Shown here: piece after piece, positions 9,549 through 17,347 of the stretch
Numbering within the stretch: position 1 is the stretch's first letter
How the letters are laid out: each line of letters starts with the position of its first letter
Sequence record: SRR9188677_85
Reading direction: 5' to 3' (one strand)
DNA: 64,000 nt
The notes under the pieces: generated by a model
What the model saw: the letters and a program-made list of their open reading frames with translations, nothing else
What the model was told of the DNA's origin: nothing
Databases searched by the model: none
Translations under genes and position numbers: made by a program

Positions 9549-9827
9549 ATGGTAGAAGTTTTTAAAACCAACGTTGAAGATCACATAGATGCGTTAATTC
9601 TGGTAGATCAGATTCATGAAAAGTTTCCTGACTACAGAGCCAGTTTTGACCTCGAAGACTGTGATAGCATTCTTCGTGTCAAGACCTCTGTACCATTCAT
9701 TCAAGCAGACCGGATAATCAAAATTCTTGCAAAAATGGGTTTTGATGCCAATATCTTGCCCGACGAAAAGCCTTCAATTGTACAGATAATGCTGTTCGAC
9801 AGGAAGTTTTATCCCGTGTTCGGTTGA
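9549..9827 (+). CDS. Small Bacteroidota protein (MVEVFKTNV...FDLEDCD..LRV; ferredoxin/HMA-like fold suspected)
   Basis: VFKTNV and DLEDCD motifs recognised from memory. Confidence 0.65.
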   Translation: MVEVFKTNVEDHIDALILVDQIHEKFPDYRASFDLEDCDSILRVKTSVPFIQADRIIKILAKMGFDANILPDEKPSIVQIMLFDRKFYPVFG

Positions 9828-9870
9828 TTAGTTTAACATAGTAACAGTATCAAACCAATAGATTCAGCAA

Positions 9871-10353
9871 ATGACAATCGGACATAATTTAACAATCACA
9901 CCATTTTTATGGTTTGACAATAATTTGGAAGAGGCGATTAATTGTTACACTTCTATCTTCAAAAACTCAACTGTTTCGAGTATAAACAGGAGTGGTGAAG
10001 GTGGTCCCGGACCTGCCGGAACGGTGTTTTCGGCAACCTTCGAACTCGCCGGACAAAAGTTTTATGGCTTAAACGGCGGACCGATGTTTAAATTCACCGA
10101 GGCAATTTCATTCTTTATCAGCTGCGAAACGCAGGAAGAGGTGGACGAATTGTGGGAAAAACTTTCAGAAGGCGGAGCCAAATCAAGATGCGGGTGGCTG
10201 AAAGATCAATTCGGTTTGTCGTGGCAGGTGATTCCAAAGCAACTTGGAGAATTGATGAGTAAGGATCCTCAGAAGTCTGGCAAAGTAATGCAGGCAATGA
10301 TGAAAATGGACAAGATCATTATAAAGGATTTGGAGGCGGCTTATAATTCTTAG
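9871..10353 (+). CDS. VOC family (3-demethylubiquinone-9 3-methyltransferase-like) protein
   Basis: ITPFLWFD, LNGGPMFKFTEAISF, CGWLKDQFGLSWQV. Confidence 0.92.
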   Translation: MTIGHNLTITPFLWFDNNLEEAINCYTSIFKNSTVSSINRSGEGGPGPAGTVFSATFELAGQKFYGLNGGPMFKFTEAISFFISCETQEEVDELWEKLSEGGAKSRCGWLKDQFGLSWQVIPKQLGELMSKDPQKSGKVMQAMMKMDKIIIKDLEAAYNS

Positions 10354-10359
10354 TTGGGT

Positions 10360-10421
10360 GTGAGAGGTGAGATGTGAGAGGTGAGATGGGAAATGTGAGA
10401 AGTGAGATGTGATTTTGAGAG
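10360..10421. repeat. 7-bp tandem repeat (GTGAGAK), about 9 units
   Basis: gtgagag gtgagat gtgagag gtgagat gggaaat gtgagaa gtgagat gtgattt. Confidence 0.85.
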
Positions 10422-10471
10422 TCTGTAGAGGTAAATTTTATTCTTGTTTAAAAACTACAAATTGGATTGTG

Positions 10472-10816
10472 ATGAATCAGGAAGTTACTGCATATATCGA
10501 AAAATTACCGGAATGGCAGGTTCAGATTTGTGGATCGCTTCGGTCGCTTATAACGGAAGTGATACCCAATGTCGAGGAAAAGCTCCAGTACGGTAAGCCG
10601 CATTACCTTAAAAATGGAAAATACGCGGCTGTTATCTCTGCTGCAAAAGACAAGGTTTCTTTTATGATTTTTAATGCGACGGAATTGGAAGAAATTAAGG
10701 GCTACTTTGCTTCAACCACAGCTCCGGATCGTAAAACGGCGACAATCAAAAAAGACCAATCAGTTGACTTTGGGCAGTTAAGAGACTTGCTCACGAAGGC
10801 TTCTGGTACCATTTGA
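10472..10816 (+). CDS. DUF1801 (YdhG-like) domain protein
   Basis: VTAYIEKLP..Q...LRSLI...PNVEEKLQYGKPHY; start moved to ATG 10472. Confidence 0.85.
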   Translation: MNQEVTAYIEKLPEWQVQICGSLRSLITEVIPNVEEKLQYGKPHYLKNGKYAAVISAAKDKVSFMIFNATELEEIKGYFASTTAPDRKTATIKKDQSVDFGQLRDLLTKASGTI

Positions 10817-10827
10817 TATATCATTTT

Positions 10828-11558
10828 ATGATACCACCTATAACTGCAGATCAATTTGTGGAGCAGCTGAAATCCCGGCAGTCCCAAAAGGAATTGGAAA
10901 AGATTCAGCGCTATTTCAAATCGGAAGAAAAGGACTGTGATGAAAGTGATGTGTTTATTGGCGTAAAAATGGGGGAAGTTTTCAGTCTGGCGAAGAAATT
11001 CATACAGATGGAGCCGCACGAAATTGAGAAACTTCTGGAAAACAAAATTCATGAGGTCAGAGCGGGTGCGGTTAGTATTATGGATTTCCAGGCAAGAGAC
11101 AAAAAAACACCAGAAAGCCGAAAAAAGGAGTTGTTCGATTTGTACATCAATCGTCATGACTGGATCAATAATTGGGACCTTGTTGACCGTTCTGCACCTT
11201 ACGTTGTCGGCGGTTATTTATTTGACAAACCTCGTGAGATCTTGTACAAACTTGCAATTCGCAAAACATATGGGAGAGGAGAACGGCGATTGTCAGTACT
11301 TATTTTTTCATCAGACAAAACCAGTTGGACGATACTTTTGAGATTGCAGAAATACTGATCGATGACAAGGAGGATCTGATACAAAAAGCGACTGGTGGCT
11401 GGTTGCGGGAAGCTGGAAAAAGGGACGTTACCAGGTTGGAAGCATTTCTAGAAAAATACGCAGCCACGATGCCAAGAACCACATTACGTTACGCGATTGA
11501 ACACTTTAATCCAGAGCAAAGAAAGTATTATTTAGGCTTGAAATCGCAAACGGTTTAA
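10828..11558 (+). pseudogene. DNA alkylation repair (AlkD-like) protein, frameshifted near 11256
   Basis: INNWDLVD in the first frame; inserting one A (gca aat tcg) restores ANSQNIWERRTAIVST and joins DLIQKATGGWLREAGK. Confidence 0.85.
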
Positions 11559-11680
11559 ATCCTGACTAGACGTTTTTTTAATGAAGTTTTTGACGATCTA
11601 CATCGTGCCTTGGTGCCTTTGTGGCAGATAAAAAACAGACTAGTGTTAAAAACGCACCAACGAATTAAACGTAAACTAAA

Positions 11681-12259
11681 ATGAGAAAACTTAAACTTCA
11701 GGTACAGATAAGCATCGATGGTTTCATTGCTGGTCCGAACGGAGAAATGGACTGGATGATTTGGGACTGGAGTGATGACCTTAATGAATATGTCAGCAGC
11801 ATCACATCCCCGGTTGACACCATTCTTCTTGGACGAAAACTTGCAGAGGGATTCATTCCACACTGGACTTCTCAATTGGAAAATGCCTCGACCGCGGACG
11901 ATGGTGCGGAGAAAATGGTAAATACGGATAAAGTCGTTTTCTCCAAGACTTTAGCAAAATCGGAATGGGCCAGGACGGAACTAGCCACGGGCGATTTGGT
12001 TGAGGAAGTTAACGCCATCAAAAATCGCGATGGCAAAGATATTATCGTTTACGGAGGTGGCAGTTTTGTTTCTTCATTGATCAAAGAAGGGTTAATTGAC
12101 GAACTACATTTGCTGATCAACCCAACGGCAATCGGAAAAGGAATGCCAATTTTTGACGGCCTTGAAACCAAACAAGATTTTTCTCTAATTCAGTCTGAAG
12201 TTTTCAAATGCGGGATAATTTTAATGTGCTATCAACCTAATAGAAAGGTTATTAAGTAG
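11681..12259 (+). CDS. Dihydrofolate reductase / RibD C-terminal family protein
   Basis: SIDGFIAGPNGEMDW, LLGRK, YGGGSF, LIDELHL. Confidence 0.9.
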   Translation: MRKLKLQVQISIDGFIAGPNGEMDWMIWDWSDDLNEYVSSITSPVDTILLGRKLAEGFIPHWTSQLENASTADDGAEKMVNTDKVVFSKTLAKSEWARTELATGDLVEEVNAIKNRDGKDIIVYGGGSFVSSLIKEGLIDELHLLINPTAIGKGMPIFDGLETKQDFSLIQSEVFKCGIILMCYQPNRKVIK

Positions 12260-12316
12260 ATTTTTAAGTTTATATATTCACAACCTTACTTATCCATCTA
12301 AACAAACAGGAGAAAA

Positions 12317-12748
12317 ATGGCAACATCAAATGTGTATCTTAACTTTCAGGGAAATACTGAGGAAGCTTTTGAATTCTATAAATCTGTGACCGGCGGTGAG
12401 TTCTACGGCGGCATTATGCGGTTTAGCGATACGCCGATGGCGGAGCAATTACCTGAGGACGATCGTAGCAAGGTCATGCATGTTGCGCTGATATTGGGAG
12501 GCGACACAATGATTATGGGCACGGATGCTCTTGAATCAATGGGGCAAACTGTCAGGTTCGGTAACAACAGCTACATCTGTCTTGCTCCGGAAAATATTGA
12601 AGAAGGCGAAAAACTTTTCAACGGCTTATCTGAAGGCGGCGTAATCGAGCAGGCTTTCGAAAAAATGTTCTGGGGCGATTACTTCGGCAGTTTCACTGAT
12701 AAATATGGTGTACAGTGGATGGTAAATTATCATCCGAAAGAGGGATAG
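12317..12748 (+). CDS. VOC family (PhnB-like) protein
   Basis: YLNFQGNTEEAFEFY, VMHVAL, FWGDYFGSFTDKYGVQWMV. Confidence 0.92.
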   Translation: MATSNVYLNFQGNTEEAFEFYKSVTGGEFYGGIMRFSDTPMAEQLPEDDRSKVMHVALILGGDTMIMGTDALESMGQTVRFGNNSYICLAPENIEEGEKLFNGLSEGGVIEQAFEKMFWGDYFGSFTDKYGVQWMVNYHPKEG

Positions 12749-12779
12749 GTTGATTTCGCAAAAACTATAAGATTAATGC

Positions 12780-12839
12780 TTGAAATTGACATTTTTTGCA
12801 TCTTCGATACTTCTTAGAGGCAAAAATGTCATTTTCAAA
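12780..12839. terminator. Long imperfect hairpin between convergent genes
   Basis: TTGAAATTGACATTTTTTGC ... GCAAAAATGTCATTTTCAA. Confidence 0.55.
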
Positions 12840-12865
12840 TAGCTTGTTGAGCACAAAATAGTTAT

Positions 12866-13423
12866 TCAGCCTGACACATACTTCACCTTATTCACAGGAG
12901 CAAAAAATGACCATTTCCTGACAAAAAATGACGCTTGTTTTACTTCCCAGGCCTTCAGCAACCGTCTTATAACCACAATTTCAGCAGTATGATATGAATT
13001 GTGATCTGCGATCAGCACTGCTTCCCTGAATAACGTCTGTCCGTCGCCCCAGTCGAATTGCTCGAACAGATTGTTGCTCTCGTCTCTCAGCAACTGGAAG
13101 AATCTTTCGCGTTCCGCTTTTATTTCATCAAGGGCGTTGTTCCAAGTTTCGTCATCCACTTCATCGGGATTGTCTCCCCAATAATCGGCAGGCCAGTTTA
13201 ACTCCTGATAATTGTCATTGATGCAAAAATCGACAATATCCTTTTGTGTAATTCTAATGTGCTCTACAAGTTGCCAGATACTGTAAGGTAAATCATAGGG
13301 AATTTGAGTCCGCAGGTTTTTTTGTATCCCATCGACTGCATTTTCAAATGTGACATGCGCATTTCCTTTATTTATCAATTCGATTAACTCTAAAACCGTG
13401 TTGGTCCTGACGTCATTTTGCAT
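12866..13423 (-). CDS. DinB family protein
   Basis: AH, SIWQLVEH and DHNSYH metal-binding histidines. Confidence 0.88.
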   Translation of the reverse strand: MQNDVRTNTVLELIELINKGNAHVTFENAVDGIQKNLRTQIPYDLPYSIWQLVEHIRITQKDIVDFCINDNYQELNWPADYWGDNPDEVDDETWNNALDEIKAERERFFQLLRDESNNLFEQFDWGDGQTLFREAVLIADHNSYHTAEIVVIRRLLKAWEVKQASFFVRKWSFFAPVNKVKYVSG

Positions 13424-13604
13424 ATGTGGCTTTATTTAAATTCGTTTTGGCAATGTATTTTTCCGACGAATATAGACAAAGATATCATGCCAAAACGTTC
13501 AAGAATAGGGGAGCCAAATCGCTCATTTGTAATTAGTGACAGTTACTTTTATTCACTATTTTAGAGTTTCTAAATATCCTTTTCCAACTTGACGAAAAAC
13601 CAAT

Positions 13605-14984
13605 ATGAATTCTAATCGACGAGACTTTCTTAAGAATGTTACCGCTGCATCCGCCATTCTTGCAACGGACAGTATTGCGAAACCATTCAGTATTATTAAG
13701 GATTTGAAAAAAATCAGTCCGAACGATAAGATCCGTTTCGCGACCATTGGAATGGGAATTCAGGGAACGGACGATACCAAAACTGCACTGAGAAGTACAA
13801 CTGCTGCGGAGTTTGTAGCTGCTGCAGATTTGTACGACGGACGTTTGACGCGTGTGAAAGAGGTGTTTGGAAAAGATATCTTCACGACAAGAGATTACCG
13901 CGAAATTCTGGATAGAAAAGATATTGATGCCGTACTGGTAGTAACGCCCGATCACTGGCACGACCATATTACCAAGGCTTCACTAAAAGCAGGGAAGCAT
14001 GTGTATTGCGAAAAGCCAATGGTGCATCATATTGATGAAGGACTTTCAGTAATAGATGCCTGGAAAAAATCCGGAAAAACGATGCAGGTTGGAAGTCAGC
14101 GAATCAGTTCATTGGCATTTAAGGAAGCCAAGAAGTATCTGGCGGCGGGAGATATTGGTGAAATTAATTACGTAGAATCTAATAATGACCGTTTCAACGC
14201 GATTGGTGCGTGGAATTACTCGATTCCTACTGACGCGTCGCTAACTACCCTTGACTGGGATACATTCCTGGGCGATGCTCCGAAGGTACCATTCGATGCT
14301 AAGCGATTTTTCCGTTGGAGAAACTACCGCGATTATGGCACTGGTGTAGCCGGTGACCTGTTTGTACACTTGATAACAGGCGTTCATTTTGTAACCAATT
14401 CACTTGGGCCGGAACGTATTTTCTCGTCGGGTGAACTGAGTTATTGGAAAGATGGCCGTGACGTTCCGGACGTTTTAGTCTCTATATTGGAGTATCCTAA
14501 AACCGATATTCACGCAAATTTCCAGATGGTGCTTCGCGTAAACTTTGCAAACGCCGGTGCGATTAACAACAACACAAGAATAATCGGAACCGAAGGGCAA
14601 ATTGAGTTCTCGGAAAGCAACCTGATTCTGACCAAGAAAAAACTCCCCAAAGCCCCGGGTTTCGGCGGCTATGATAGTTACAACACGTTTTCTGAGAAAG
14701 AACAAGCTGAATTTAAGAAACAATACGACGCTCAATATCCTGCGGATACACGCACTTCGGAACCTGTAAAAGTTGTCAGGTTCGATTCACCAAAAGATGA
14801 AGATGAACACGCGGCTCACTTCCTTGATTTTTTTGAAAATGCTAAAAAAGGAAGCCTGGGAACAATCGAAGATCCGGTTTTTGCTTTCCGTGCAGCGGCT
14901 CCGGTATTGGCCTGCAATGCAAGTTATTTTGAGAAAAAAGTGATCAAATGGGATCCGGTCGAAATGAAGGTGAAGAAGAGTTAA
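13605..14984 (+). CDS. Tat-exported Gfo/Idh/MocA oxidoreductase
   Basis: RRDFLK Tat motif, IGMGIQG, TPDHWH, YCEKP, QVGSQR. Confidence 0.95.
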   Translation: MNSNRRDFLKNVTAASAILATDSIAKPFSIIKDLKKISPNDKIRFATIGMGIQGTDDTKTALRSTTAAEFVAAADLYDGRLTRVKEVFGKDIFTTRDYREILDRKDIDAVLVVTPDHWHDHITKASLKAGKHVYCEKPMVHHIDEGLSVIDAWKKSGKTMQVGSQRISSLAFKEAKKYLAAGDIGEINYVESNNDRFNAIGAWNYSIPTDASLTTLDWDTFLGDAPKVPFDAKRFFRWRNYRDYGTGVAGDLFVHLITGVHFVTNSLGPERIFSSGELSYWKDGRDVPDVLVSILEYPKTDIHANFQMVLRVNFANAGAINNNTRIIGTEGQIEFSESNLILTKKKLPKAPGFGGYDSYNTFSEKEQAEFKKQYDAQYPADTRTSEPVKVVRFDSPKDEDEHAAHFLDFFENAKKGSLGTIEDPVFAFRAAAPVLACNASYFEKKVIKWDPVEMKVKKS

Positions 14985-15000
14985 TGATGTAGTTATCTAC

Positions 15001-15040
15001 GAAATCCCGATCAATGGAAATTCCATCGGTCGGGATTTTC
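15001..15040. terminator. Bidirectional terminator hairpin
   Basis: GAAATCCCGA...TCGGGATTTT between convergent genes. Confidence 0.7.
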
Positions 15041-15042
15041 TT

Positions 15043-16530
15043 TTAAATAAAAGAATGAATTGCCTTTTTCAAAATATCCACCGCTTCTTGCATTTCTTTT
15101 TTGTTCAACGAAGCAAAACCAAGGCGTGTCGAGTTTCCGGTGGTTCGTTTATCGTGATAATACCTGACCCCATTATTAACCCACAAACCTAATTCGCCAG
15201 CTTTTTTTGCGACTTCCCTTAAATCTAAGTGTTCTGATAAAGTAGTCCAGACTGCAAAACCGCCGTCGGGTTTCTGGAAATTTAGATGCTCGGAAAGTTC
15301 ATTTTGCAAAAGTTCGCAAAGTAGGTCGCGCCTCTCATGATATAGCTTGTTGGCTTTTTTAAGATGGCGCCCGATGTCGCCGCTTCTTAATAAATTGGCC
15401 ATTGCTTCTTCCAGCAATCTTTCACCTTGCCTGTCTATTAATCTTCTCAATCTGGTCGCCTGGGCAATCATATTCGTTGGTGCAATCATAAATCCGATCC
15501 GTATTGCTGGTGCAATGGTTTTGCAAAACGAACCCATATAGATAACGTTTCCATAATGATCGACACTCGCCAGAGGGAGAATGGGAGAGGAAGCGTAGTG
15601 AAAATCGTAGTCATAATCGTCTTCAAGTATTGCGAATTTATACTTCAGCGCGAGCTCAATCAATTGCATTCTTCGTTCTGCACTTAAAGTAACAGTTGTA
15701 GGATGATGGTGATGCGGAACAACATATAGCAATCTGACTTTCTGTTTTTTACAAACAGCTTCCAATGCGTTGAGATCGATGCCATCTTTATCAACCGGGA
15801 TTAGTTCCAGCTTTGCGCCAGCCTGCAGGAACACATCATTCGCTCCAAAATATCCCGGTTCACCTACCACTACACAATCTCCTTTTGACAGCAAAACCTG
15901 CGCCGTTAAATACATCACCATTTGTGCACCTTTGGTAATGAGAATGTTATCCGGACTGACGTTTAATCCGCGTGTTGTTGCAAGAAAGTTAGCCAGCTCG
16001 ATTCTTAGATTTTCCGACCCATGTTCCGGACCGTAATTCAGGAATTTGGCTGTGAAATGGTAATTAGCGAATCTGCGGTATTCACGAATTAGTAGTTCTG
16101 TTGGTACGAGTCGTGTATCCGGAAATCCATCATTAAATACCCATTGATATTTATAATTGGCTTCCGGGAAAATAAGTGGAAATGGGATTTTTTCTTTGTC
16201 TACTGCAAAATGAGTGGTTTCGGGATAACTGGTTGTACTTGCTTCGTTGTTCAGATTCCTCGGCTTCACATCCGGTAATTTTTGGGCAACGAAAACACCT
16301 TTTCTTGGAAGTACATCTATCCAGCCTTGCGCTTCCAGTTCGTCGTAGGCAGCAACGATCGTTTTCCTGTGAAGTCCAAGTTCCTGCGCAAGTTCTCGGG
16401 AGCCAGGCAACTTAAATCCCGGTCTGATATTTCCCTGCCTGATCAACATTACAAACCCGTTGGCAATCTGAAGATAGACTGAAATTGAGGATGATTTGTC
16501 GATTCGGATATGGGAGACGAAGTTTAGCAT
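15043..16530 (-). CDS. MocR/GabR family regulator (GntR wHTH + PLP aminotransferase domain)
   Basis: KLPGSRELA, AYDELEAQGW, EDDYD, GSFCKTIAPAIRIG. Confidence 0.95.
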   Translation of the reverse strand: MLNFVSHIRIDKSSSISVYLQIANGFVMLIRQGNIRPGFKLPGSRELAQELGLHRKTIVAAYDELEAQGWIDVLPRKGVFVAQKLPDVKPRNLNNEASTTSYPETTHFAVDKEKIPFPLIFPEANYKYQWVFNDGFPDTRLVPTELLIREYRRFANYHFTAKFLNYGPEHGSENLRIELANFLATTRGLNVSPDNILITKGAQMVMYLTAQVLLSKGDCVVVGEPGYFGANDVFLQAGAKLELIPVDKDGIDLNALEAVCKKQKVRLLYVVPHHHHPTTVTLSAERRMQLIELALKYKFAILEDDYDYDFHYASSPILPLASVDHYGNVIYMGSFCKTIAPAIRIGFMIAPTNMIAQATRLRRLIDRQGERLLEEAMANLLRSGDIGRHLKKANKLYHERRDLLCELLQNELSEHLNFQKPDGGFAVWTTLSEHLDLREVAKKAGELGLWVNNGVRYYHDKRTTGNSTRLGFASLNKKEMQEAVDILKKAIHSFI

Positions 16531-16532
16531 TG

Positions 16533-16577
16533 CTGGACTAGTTGGGGGGTAGTTAAGGAATTGTAAAGATAGTCCAG
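16533..16577. promoter_or_regulatory. CTGGACTA-N29-TAGTCCAG inverted repeat, putative MocR operator
   Basis: Perfect 8-bp inverted repeat directly upstream of the MocR start codon. Confidence 0.55.
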
Positions 16578-16705
16578 TATCTCGTCTTTACTTTAAGCAG
16601 CGTCAAACAATAAAGTATACTGTTTCTACTTTTAAAGAAGTGATTATTGTAATTATTAGGCCTATTTTTGAAAAACACTTCACACATCAACATATCGCTT
16701 TCCGT

Positions 16706-17167
16706 ATGAAACAACGCTTTTATTTCGACACATCTGTTTTCGGCGGAGTTTATGATGTTGAATTTGAAGAAGAATCAATTCAACTTTTTGAGAAAGTAAA
16801 ATTGGGACTAATAACTTGTGTTTATTCTGATTTAACTGAAGGTGAACTGTTTGACGCCCCTAAAAGAGTGCGTGAGTTTTTTAAAAATTTACCTGATGCA
16901 AATTTAGAAATGGTAATTGTGACCGAGGAAGCGCTACAACTTGCAGGGAATTACATTGAGCAGAACGTCGTTGGCAAAACCAGTTTCGATGATTGCGTTC
17001 ATATAGCCCTGGCAAGTATAAATAAAGTTGACATCTTAGTTAGCTGGAATTTTAAACATATTGTCAATGTTTATAGAATTCGAGGATACAATTCGGTAAA
17101 CTTACGTTCAGGATATCAAACGTTGGAAATTCGCTCACCAAAAGATATAATTCAGTATGAAAACTAA
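16706..17167 (+). CDS. PIN domain protein (VapC-like toxin)
   Basis: YFDTSVFGG, DCVHIALA, LVSWNFKHIVN; start moved to ATG 16706. Confidence 0.9.
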   Translation: MKQRFYFDTSVFGGVYDVEFEEESIQLFEKVKLGLITCVYSDLTEGELFDAPKRVREFFKNLPDANLEMVIVTEEALQLAGNYIEQNVVGKTSFDDCVHIALASINKVDILVSWNFKHIVNVYRIRGYNSVNLRSGYQTLEIRSPKDIIQYEN

Positions 17168-17306
17168 ATTGAAACCAGCTGAAAAAGTCAAAGATTTCGA
17201 TACCGTAAAAACATTTCGAGCAATAAAAGAAAAAATCTCGACCGACATTGCTGATATGAATATTGAGCAGTTGAAAGCATATCTTCAACAAAGAAAAATA
17301 CGCTAA
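17157..17306 (+). CDS. 49-aa putative antitoxin partner of the PIN protein
   Basis: MKTKLKPAEKVKDFDTVKTFRAIKEKISTDIADMNIEQLKAYLQQRKIR; overlaps the PIN stop by 11 nt; absent from the ORF track. Confidence 0.7.
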   Translation: MKTKLKPAEKVKDFDTVKTFRAIKEKISTDIADMNIEQLKAYLQQRKIR

Positions 17307-17335
17307 CCGGTTGGCCTTAGAATACCAACCGGTTA
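17304..17335. terminator. Hairpin between convergent genes
   Basis: TAACCGGTTGG...CCAACCGGTTA. Confidence 0.6.
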
Positions 17336-17347
17336 ATCGCTAAGTCC

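Noticed and set aside
12866-12945. C-terminal extension of the DinB protein as an extra domain
   Set aside because: It runs through a short CAAAAAATGAC repeat next to the terminator; more likely stop-codon drift than function.
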